Under the pieces are notes generated by a model. It made no database searches. It worked only from the letters and a program-made list of their open reading frames with translations, and was not told the origin of the DNA. 11,100 nucleotides of DNA from NCBI GenBank assembly GCA_031425655.1, contig JANPJS010000310.1, forward strand, positions 1-11,100. The letters run 5' to 3'. The translations under genes and the position numbers were made by a program. This document shows positions 1 to 6,761 of the stretch, one piece after another (the stretch's first letter is position 1; every line of letters begins with the position of its first letter). This stretch comes from Abditibacteriaceae bacterium (lineage in GTDB: Bacteria > Armatimonadota > Abditibacteriia > Abditibacteriales > Abditibacteriaceae).

Positions 1-33
1 GCCGTATCAAGGGGAAGGGCCGGGGATGGGGTT
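1..33. repeat. Partial REP-like repeat arm (cut by window edge), same family as 4187-4337
   Basis: GCCGTATCAAGGGGAAGGGCCGGGGATGGGGTT matches 4304-4336 at 32/33 nt in the same orientation. Confidence 0.9.
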
Positions 34-53
34 AAAGAAAGGCTGTCGAACGC

Positions 54-87
54 AAAAAGGGCGGCGCGAAATTCGCGCCGCCCTTTT
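54..87 (-). terminator. Intrinsic terminator (probably bidirectional) downstream of the large surface-protein gene
   Basis: Perfect 16-bp inverted repeat AAAAGGGCGGCGCGAA (55-70) / TTCGCGCCGCCCTTTT (72-87) with A/T runs on both sides, 28 bp past the stop codon at 116-118. Confidence 0.85.
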
Positions 88-115
88 ACACATCCGATTT
101 TAAGCGGCTACGATT

Positions 116-3100
116 TTACTCGCTGGGAGCGTCCTCAAAGATTTGCGGCTCGCTGTCCGCACCTTGCTGCGCGCTCGTGACTTTCTTGAAGCTCGAAGCC
201 AGAGAGACGACGCTGCTGCCAGCTTTATCGTAAGCGACGGCGCGCAGATAATATGTGCCGTCGGCGAATGCGGCGCCACTGGGCCAACCACTATTTTTGC
301 TCCAAGTGACATTTGTGCCGCCCGTTGCCGGATTCAACGTCGCGCTGAGGCCGGTGATTGTCGTTGTCCAAACGCTGCCCGTCCAATATTCGTAAGCCCC
401 GCCGGTGCCTGTGCGATATAAACGCACTTCGACTTTTGTCACGCCACTGCCGCTGTCGGCGGCTACGCCTGTGATAATCGGCATCGCGCCCGAAACTGTG
501 CCGCCACTTGTCGGCGTGGTGCCAACCGGCGTTGTCGCAGAAGTCGTAAAGCTGATGGTCGGCGCGGTTGTGTCCGTCGCTTTCTTGAAGTTGGAAGCCA
601 AAGTCACGGCGCTGTTTCCGGATTTGTCGTAAGCCAGAGCGCGCAGATAATAGGTGCCGTCCGAGAAATTGCCGCCCAATGGCCAGCCGCTACTCTTGCT
701 CCACGTCACGTTAGCGCCGCCCGCTGCCGGACTGAGAACCGTGTTCAAATTGGTAAGCGTAGTCGTCCAACCGCTGCCCATCCAGTATTCGTAAACGCCC
801 GTTGTGCCTGTCGCGCGATACAAACGCAGGCTCACCTTTGCGACTCCACTCTGCGTGTCGGCGGCTACGCCGGTGATCGCGGGCATTACGTTGTAGATCG
901 TGCTGCCGCTAATCGGTGTTGTGCCAGTAGGCGCAGTCGCTGATGTCGTGAAGCTGACGGTCGGCGCTGTGCTGTCATCATCGTCGGTAATGGTGCCGAT
1001 ACCCTGCGCGTTGGCAATGACGGCATTTGCCACGTTGCTGAGATTGAGGAAGAAGGTTTCGTCGCCTTCGTAAATGGTGTCGCCGACGATGGGAATGCTG
1101 ATGGTTTTGGTCGTCTCACCCGGCGCGAAGGTGAGCGTGCCCGACTTCGCGGTGTAGTCGCTGCCCGCCATCGCCGGGTTGGTGGTGCCATTAGCGGTGG
1201 CATAATTCACCGTCACGCTTTGAGTGCGAGCTGCTGAGAGCGTGACGGTGAACACGGCGTTTTTGGTGGCGCTATTTCCTTCGGCTAAAGTGATGTTGGT
1301 AATGCCAATCGAAAACTGCTGGGTGGTGAGATCAACTTCGGTCTGCTTGTAGACAGTTGTCAATGCCTTAGCGCCCAAGTTCGGCGTGTTGACCGTAGTG
1401 AACGAACCGGCGCGCGAGCCGCAGGCAATGACTTTGAAAATATCCGTTGCGCTCGGCGTAAAGCCATTGATGAGCGTGGCTTTGAGCGTGCCAATGAGGC
1501 TGGCTTTGCCCGTGACTGCCAACTGATCGAACTGTGTCCCCGCCGTCGTGCCGCCCAATTGCACTTCCAAAATGCCGACGCTGCCCTGCGTATAATCGCC
1601 ATTAATCGTCAGCAAGCCCGCGCCATTGTTGCCCGGTTTCACCGTGCCTTTGTTGACCACGCTGCCCGAAATCGTGCCCGCACCCGTTAGTGCGCCGCCT
1701 AAGATGTTGAGCGTGCCGCCAAGGTCGCCGCCGACGAGGTTAGTCGAGCCAGCAGTTTGTTTGAAATTATTCAGGGTCAGATAGCCAGCATTGCTGTTAA
1801 TGGTGCCGGAGTTTGTCACGGCTACATTATTGATTTGGCTGGAGCCGGAGCCGATCTTGTTAAGAGTGCCTGTATTGGCAAAGGTGCCGTTGCCATCCAA
1901 TATCTGTGCTTGCATCGTGCAAGTGCCGCTGTTATTGAGCTTAGCTTCTTGAGTGTCGATGCCAGTGTCGATGCCTTGGAAAAGCAAAGCACTGTTAGGC
2001 GCGAATAGCAGGTTACCTGCGTTGTTAAGCGTGCCGCCTACGATGCGAGCCGCCCACTGTGAAGCGCTGTTGAAGTTGAGAGTGCCGCCACTGGGTATGT
2101 TTAGCGTCCCATACAAAAACCCACCATTCCAATTAATAGTTCCGTTAACGGAAATCGAATCGCCGGTTAAGGAGCCACTACTCCATGTCACAAATGCAGT
2201 GCTATCCACATTCAAGGTATTATTGCCGGTGAGCGTGCCGCCTTTCCAGTTGTAAGTCAAGTTCTTAAGCGTAGCAGTGGCCGTATCTAATCCGAGAGTG
2301 CCGTTGATCGTTACTTCTGGCCCGTTCGCATTTGTGTTTCCTGTAAAAGTTGTTTGCGTCGAGCCGTCAATGGTTGTATTTTGGCTGATGGCGGGTAGGC
2401 TGGAATCGTTGATGGTGAACACGCCAAAAGCGAAACCGGGGTCGGTGTTGGGAATGTTGAAGGTGATCGTGGTGTTGGGGACGATGTTGGCGTAGTTGAT
2501 GGCTTCACGCAGCGAGTGTGAGCCGCTGTCACCCGTATTGGTAACCACGTTGGGGCCGGGGGTCACACGAAGAATCGTGGTTCCGCTGCGGTTCAGGCCC
2601 GAACGGTTTTCGCGCACCGTAATCGTGCAGACACCGGCAGCTACGGCAGTCGCCACGCCGCTGGTGGCGCCGATAGTGGCGATTGCCGTGTTGCTTGATG
2701 TCCACGTAAAGGCATTGTCGGGCAGCGCGACCAAATTGTTGTTGGTGTCGTAGGCGTTGGCGCTGAGTTGCTTCACGTCGCCGGTGTAAACCGACGGACT
2801 GGACGGCACGATTTCAAGGCGGGCCAGAGGCGGCGGGGGCAGAGGTGTCGGCGTCGGGTTGGGCGTGGGCAAAGGGTCACCGGGATGGGCTTCGCCATAG
2901 CATTTGTCCAACATCGTGAAGGGGCCAACGCGCAGCACATCGTCTTTCAGCGCGTAATCTTCCTTCACGATACCAAAAATATCCACTTTGAAGCCGCCCG
3001 TGCCGCGAAACAGCGCGCTTGCGTTGACGCACAGTTCACCGGGTGCAGGCAGCGCCGTGAAATCAATCTCTCCGTGAATAATGGGGCAGTCGAAGTCCAT

Positions 3101-4144
3101 ATATGGCCCGGCGATACCATAGATTTTTAAGTCGAAATTGGTGTGCAACGGCGACAAATCGACGCTGAAAGTGGCGCCGGCGCTGGCGCGGAACGCAAAG
3201 CTGGGACTGGCAAACACAACCGGATCAAGATGCGTGCTGTTATCGCTGTCCACGTGATAATCCACGCCCGCCCCCGCCGTTAAGGTGGCCGTAGCGACCA
3301 GTTGAGCTTGGGCTTTCATGTCGCCCGATAATTTCAGCGTAATGAGAATCGTCGGCGTAAACACGACCGGCACGCCGCCAACGTTTACGGTAATCGGCTT
3401 GCCTCCGAAGTGCGCGATGGGCCAACTACGATTCACAAAGGTCACGTTGGCGTTGCCCTGCACCGTCACGTTGAGGCTGGCCTGAAGCTGCGGCACAAAG
3501 CGCGCACGAGTGACTTGGGCAAACGGCGGCAAAAGCGACTTGCGAATCGCCAAGTCAATATCAATCTGCGGTGTCAAACTCGCGGTTCCGTCCACGGTCA
3601 CTTGTCCGGTGCTGCATCCGCCACTTTGCGCACACAGCTTGAGCTGTAAGAAGTTGCATTGAATCGGGTCGAGCGAAAACACGCTGTTCGCCGCCGCACT
3701 GTTCAAGCGCACTTGCGGCTTCTGCGCGATGCTCACGCCCGGCATCAAGGGCGTTAAGGTCGTAAAATCGCCCACGCCCAAAGGCTTCTTCAATTTAATA
3801 TCGGCTTCCTGAAACACATCGGTTAAGGCCGCCTGCGCCGTCTGCACCGTCGTTTGCGCGCCGCTTTTCCCAACCGACACCACTTTACGCAGCGTGCCTT
3901 CCCCGGCGCCGCTGACAATGACGTCGCCAGCCTTTAACTTCGGCACGGCTCCGCTGAGGCTCAAACGCCCCGGCGCCGTTTCCATCATACGCACGCCTGC
4001 CGTTTGCACTCCGGCGCTACTTATCGCAGCAGCCGGCAAAACGCGCACATTCGATTTAACAATCGCCGGCACAGCGGCGAAAACCGGCACGCACAGCGAA
4101 AGCAGAAGGACGGCAAATAAACCAATGAAGCAGCGACGAAGCAT
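116..4144 (-). CDS. Large secreted multidomain surface/adhesin-like protein (~1342 aa): signal peptide, uncharacterised beta-rich N-terminal region, Pro-rich linker, Big_2 Ig-like domain, SLREA (CSLREA-like) motif, beta-helix/passenger-like region, Calx-beta domain, two C-terminal Ig-like repeats
   Basis: Start re-called to ATG 4144 (MLRRCFIGLFAVLLLSLCVPVFA-A, Sec-type signal peptide; GGAGA RBS at 4149-4153); the ORF-track start at 4195 lies inside the repeat. Motifs: PGDPLPTPNPTPTPLPPPP (~2830-2885); LEIVPSSPSV...FTWTSSNTAIATI...GVATAVAAG (Big_2-like, ~2560-2820); VVTNTGDSGSHSLREAINYAN (~2486-2548); G/N/T-rich GTLN/GGTL repeats and FDQLAVTGKASLIGTL (~1320-2300); EGNSATKNAVFTVTLS...VNYATANGT...AGSDY...GTLTFAPGET...EGDETFFLNLSN...GTITDDD (Calx-beta, ~977-1310). 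Confidence 0.9.
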   Translation of the reverse strand: MLRRCFIGLFAVLLLSLCVPVFAAVPAIVKSNVRVLPAAAISSAGVQTAGVRMMETAPGRLSLSGAVPKLKAGDVIVSGAGEGTLRKVVSVGKSGAQTTVQTAQAALTDVFQEADIKLKKPLGVGDFTTLTPLMPGVSIAQKPQVRLNSAAANSVFSLDPIQCNFLQLKLCAQSGGCSTGQVTVDGTASLTPQIDIDLAIRKSLLPPFAQVTRARFVPQLQASLNVTVQGNANVTFVNRSWPIAHFGGKPITVNVGGVPVVFTPTILITLKLSGDMKAQAQLVATATLTAGAGVDYHVDSDNSTHLDPVVFASPSFAFRASAGATFSVDLSPLHTNFDLKIYGIAGPYMDFDCPIIHGEIDFTALPAPGELCVNASALFRGTGGFKVDIFGIVKEDYALKDDVLRVGPFTMLDKCYGEAHPGDPLPTPNPTPTPLPPPPLARLEIVPSSPSVYTGDVKQLSANAYDTNNNLVALPDNAFTWTSSNTAIATIGATSGVATAVAAGVCTITVRENRSGLNRSGTTILRVTPGPNVVTNTGDSGSHSLREAINYANIVPNTTITFNIPNTDPGFAFGVFTINDSSLPAISQNTTIDGSTQTTFTGNTNANGPEVTINGTLGLDTATATLKNLTYNWKGGTLTGNNTLNVDSTAFVTWSSGSLTGDSISVNGTINWNGGFLYGTLNIPSGGTLNFNSASQWAARIVGGTLNNAGNLLFAPNSALLFQGIDTGIDTQEAKLNNSGTCTMQAQILDGNGTFANTGTLNKIGSGSSQINNVAVTNSGTINSNAGYLTLNNFKQTAGSTNLVGGDLGGTLNILGGALTGAGTISGSVVNKGTVKPGNNGAGLLTINGDYTQGSVGILEVQLGGTTAGTQFDQLAVTGKASLIGTLKATLINGFTPSATDIFKVIACGSRAGSFTTVNTPNLGAKALTTVYKQTEVDLTTQQFSIGITNITLAEGNSATKNAVFTVTLSAARTQSVTVNYATANGTTNPAMAGSDYTAKSGTLTFAPGETTKTISIPIVGDTIYEGDETFFLNLSNVANAVIANAQGIGTITDDDDSTAPTVSFTTSATAPTGTTPISGSTIYNVMPAITGVAADTQSGVAKVSLRLYRATGTTGVYEYWMGSGWTTTLTNLNTVLSPAAGGANVTWSKSSGWPLGGNFSDGTYYLRALAYDKSGNSAVTLASNFKKATDTTAPTISFTTSATTPVGTTPTSGGTVSGAMPIITGVAADSGSGVTKVEVRLYRTGTGGAYEYWTGSVWTTTITGLSATLNPATGGTNVTWSKNSGWPSGAAFADGTYYLRAVAYDKAGSSVVSLASSFKKVTSAQQGADSEPQIFEDAPSE
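176..976 (-). repeat. Intragenic tandem duplication of a ~400-bp (133/134-aa) C-terminal domain
   Basis: Unit 1 575-976 (DSTAPTVSFTTSAT...DGTYYLRALAYDKSGN...FKKAT) and unit 2 176-574 (DTTAPTISFTTSAT...DGTYYLRAVAYDKAGS...FKKVT) align colinearly with a single 1-aa indel. Confidence 0.92.
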
Positions 4145-4169
4145 AATATCTCCCGAAACTATTGCAACC

Positions 4170-4175
4170 ATTATA
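4170..4175 (-). promoter_or_regulatory. Candidate sigma70 -10 box for the large surface-protein gene
   Basis: Perfect TATAAT on the minus strand 25 bp upstream of ATG 4144; no recognisable -35 (that position falls inside the repeat arm). Confidence 0.45.
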
Positions 4176-4186
4176 ACGCAGAAGCC

Positions 4187-4337
4187 GAACCCCATCCCCG
4201 GCCCTTCCCCTTGAAACGGCTAAGGGGAAGGGAGGTCGCAACCCTTCTGCTTTGGAGAAACCCATATTTTCAGAACAGTTGCGGCGGGACTCCCTTCCCC
4301 TTTGCCGTTTCAAGGGGAAGGGCCGGGGATGGGGTTC
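4187..4337. mobile_element. REPIN/MITE-like non-autonomous element: two inverted REP-like arms around a 55-bp spacer
   Basis: 48-bp arms 4187-4234 and 4290-4337 are reverse complements with 1 mismatch. Each arm has its own hairpin CCCTTCCCCTT-N9-AAGGGGAAGGG (4202-4232; 4292-4322). A further copy is at 1-33. The element abuts the TGA of the upstream minus-strand gene. Confidence 0.8.
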
Positions 4338-5387
4338 TCAATCAATCCGCACTTCGTGGCCGGTGCGGGACGATTCGTAAATCGCATCCAAAATTTTCTG
4401 CAATTTCAGCGATTCTTCGGGTTTGATGAAGGCTTCCGCTTCGCCCAATAGCACTTCGATGAAGTGCGCCATGCGATTCGTATTGACAAGGTTCGGCAGC
4501 AGTTCCACGTCTTCGATTTTGTAGCCGTCGGGCGTGTCGTGCAGCTTTTGCAGCGGTGAAAACTGCAAGCCGGCGTCGGTTCCGAAAAGCTGTGTGCCAT
4601 CGGCGGGGTTCAAATGACCGGCCCACGACGCTTCCAAAAGCACCGTGCGCCCGCTTTTGAGCTTGATGAGCGCGATGGATAAATCGTCCACGTCGAACGG
4701 CTTGGACGGGTCAATTTCGCCTTTGCCCCACGAGCCGTCGCCCAAACCGCGCGGGCCGAATTTGGCATAGGTCTGGCCGCTGACCGCCGCCGCGTCGAAC
4801 TCACCCATCAAATAAAGACAGCGATCCAGCGCATGAACGCCGATGTCGTAAGTGGCGCCGCCGCCGGCGAACTTGGTTTGTGTGAACCACGAACCGATGC
4901 GCGGAATGCCGTTGCGCCGCGTCATCTGCGTTTTGGCGTGATAAACCTCGCCCAAATCGCCGCGCTCAACCAGTTGTTTAGCGGTTTGCACCGTCGGCGT
5001 CATGCGGTTATTTTGGCCCACCATCAGCAAAACGCCCTGTTTTTTGGCTTCTTCGACCAGCTTCGCAGCGTCGCCGGCGTTAGTGGCAATCGGCTTGTCA
5101 ATCATCAGGTTTTTGCCGGCTTGCAACGCTTCCAATCCGACCGGCGCGTGCAGATAATTCGGCAGGGCAATCGAAACGACATCAATGTCGTCGCGGGCCA
5201 GCAGCGTTTTGTAATCCGTGACAAGTTCGGGAATGTTGAACTTGTCGGCGGCTTCTTGTCCGCGTTCGGGCGAAACTTCGGCCAGCGCCACGACTTTCGC
5301 GGCGGGATGCTCTTGAAACGACTTGATGTGATCGAGGCCAATGGCCCCGGCGCCGATAACGGCGACGTTGAAAGTGGATTTTGACAT
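4338..5387 (-). CDS. Gfo/Idh/MocA family NAD(P)-dependent oxidoreductase (349 aa)
   Basis: Start re-called to ATG 5387 (MSKSTFNVAVIGAGAIG, Rossmann motif); ALPNYLH, DKP (variant of EKP), RRNGIPRIGSWFT...GGGATYDIGVHALD (DxxxH motif), C-terminal ILDAIYESSRTG. Confidence 0.93.
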   Translation of the reverse strand: MSKSTFNVAVIGAGAIGLDHIKSFQEHPAAKVVALAEVSPERGQEAADKFNIPELVTDYKTLLARDDIDVVSIALPNYLHAPVGLEALQAGKNLMIDKPIATNAGDAAKLVEEAKKQGVLLMVGQNNRMTPTVQTAKQLVERGDLGEVYHAKTQMTRRNGIPRIGSWFTQTKFAGGGATYDIGVHALDRCLYLMGEFDAAAVSGQTYAKFGPRGLGDGSWGKGEIDPSKPFDVDDLSIALIKLKSGRTVLLEASWAGHLNPADGTQLFGTDAGLQFSPLQKLHDTPDGYKIEDVELLPNLVNTNRMAHFIEVLLGEAEAFIKPEESLKLQKILDAIYESSRTGHEVRID

Positions 5388-5408
5388 AGGAATCTCGCCC
5401 AGTTTAAG

Positions 5409-5428
5409 CGGTGCAACCTCGGTGCAAC
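5409..5428. promoter_or_regulatory. Direct repeat CGGTGCAAC x2 (11-bp period), candidate transcription-factor site in the divergent promoter region
   Basis: CGGTGCAAC at 5409-5417 and 5420-5428; a plus-strand TATAAT lies at 5444-5449. Confidence 0.35.
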
Positions 5429-5475
5429 ACCCCGTAAGCTGCTTATAATGTCTGCGAGATTCGGCTTTGGCCTTA

Positions 5476-5602
5476 ACTTTCAATGGAACACGGCGGCTTC
5501 GCCGACACTGAAACGACACGGAAACGACACGGATTTCTCTTTCGGTTGATCTGTGAAAATCCATGTCGTTTCCGTGTGCGAAGCCCGTGTTCCATTGAAA
5601 GT
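5476..5602. repeat. 127-bp imperfect palindromic element (MITE-like) with internal 11-bp tandem units
   Basis: Perfect 18-bp terminal IR ACTTTCAATGGAACACGG (5476-5493 / 5585-5602); GGCTTCGC/GCGAAGCC (5495-5502 / 5578-5585); inner 21-bp IR with 1 mismatch (5516-5536 / 5557-5577); tandem GACAC[T/G]GAAAC units at 5504, 5515 and 5526 (third unit ends GATTT). Confidence 0.85.
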
Positions 5603-5649
5603 CTGACTTCAGGTAAAATTTGCTTCGCACCACATAAAGGAAACAAATC

Positions 5650-6759
5650 ATGCCCCAAAAAGTTCGCATCGGCCTTGTTGGACTCGGTTTTGGCGCCGAG
5701 TTTATTCCGATTTACCAGAACCATCCGCACGCCGAAGTCGCGGCGATTTGCCAGCGCGATCCGGCCAAACTCAATGCCATCGGCGACGCGTTTGGCGTTG
5801 CGCGGCGCTATTCCGACTGGCGCGAAATGCTGCACGACGCCGACGTTGACGCCATTCACATCAACTCGCCGATTTCCGATCACGCCGCGATGTCGTTGGC
5901 CGCGCTCGAAGCCGGAAAACACTGCGCTTGCACCGTGCCGATGGCGACCAATATCGAAGCTCTGGCGGCGCTTTGCCGCGCTCAACGGGCTTCGGGCAAG
6001 AATTACATGATGATGGAAACCGTCATCTACGCGCGCGAGTTTTTCTTCGTGCAAGACTTGCTTCGCAGCGGCGAAATGGGGCGTTTGCAGTTTTTGCGCG
6101 GCTCGCATCAGCAGGAAATGGCCGGTTGGCCCGGTTACTGGGAAGGCCTGCCGCCGATGCACTATGCCACGCACTGCGTCAGCCCGCTGCTGGCTTTAGC
6201 CGAAACTTTGGCGGAATCCGTCGTTTGTCACGGTTCAGGACGCATCGCGCCGGAACTCGCCATCAAATACGGCAGCCCGTTCGCTGTTGAAAGCGCCACA
6301 CTGCGCCTGCGCGATTCGGACGTTTGCGCCGAAGTTACACGCTCGCTTTTTGAAACCGCGCGCCAATATCGGGAATCGTTCGACGTTTACGCATCCAAAG
6401 TTTCGTGGGAATGGTCGCTGGTGGAACACGAAGAATGCGTGCTGCATTATGGCGAGGAACCGCGTCGCGTCAAAGCGCCTGATTACGCCGAGCGTTTGCC
6501 CGAAGGCATTCGCAAATTCACCACGCAGGGCGTTTACGATTCCGCCGAAAACGTGCATCTTTCGTTCAAGCAGGGCAGCGGACACGGCGGCTCACATCCG
6601 CATCTGGCGCACGAATTTGTGATGTCCATCGTCGAAGAGCGCGAAGCCTTTCCCAACGCCGTGCAATCGGCCAACTACACAGCGACCGGCATTTGCGCGC
6701 ACGAATCGGCCTTGCGCGGCGGCGAGCGCATCTTTTTGCCGGATTTCGCCACACTTTAA
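5650..6759 (+). CDS. Gfo/Idh/MocA family oxidoreductase with GH109-like motifs (369 aa)
   Basis: RIGLVGLGFG Rossmann motif, AGKHCACTVP, MMMETVIY, MHYATHCVSP, QGSGHGGSHPHL; AAAGGA RBS at 5636-5641. Confidence 0.92.
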   Translation: MPQKVRIGLVGLGFGAEFIPIYQNHPHAEVAAICQRDPAKLNAIGDAFGVARRYSDWREMLHDADVDAIHINSPISDHAAMSLAALEAGKHCACTVPMATNIEALAALCRAQRASGKNYMMMETVIYAREFFFVQDLLRSGEMGRLQFLRGSHQQEMAGWPGYWEGLPPMHYATHCVSPLLALAETLAESVVCHGSGRIAPELAIKYGSPFAVESATLRLRDSDVCAEVTRSLFETARQYRESFDVYASKVSWEWSLVEHEECVLHYGEEPRRVKAPDYAERLPEGIRKFTTQGVYDSAENVHLSFKQGSGHGGSHPHLAHEFVMSIVEEREAFPNAVQSANYTATGICAHESALRGGERIFLPDFATL

Positions 6760-6761
6760 TC

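Noticed and set aside
176..976. Diversity-generating retroelement TR/VR pair
   Set aside because: Both repeats are in-frame coding domains, the differences are not adenine-specific, and no reverse transcriptase is in the window
4145..4195. N-terminal extension (MGFGFCV...) of the 1359-aa ORF
   Set aside because: It starts inside the repeat arm; ATG 4144 has an RBS and gives a clean signal peptide
5504..5536. CRISPR array or iteron origin
   Set aside because: Only three adjacent 11-bp units with no spacers, and no cas or rep gene; they are part of the palindrome
5388..5669. 94-aa N-terminal extension of the minus-strand oxidoreductase
   Set aside because: It reads through the palindromic element and overlaps the divergent gene; family homology begins at MSKSTFNVAVIG
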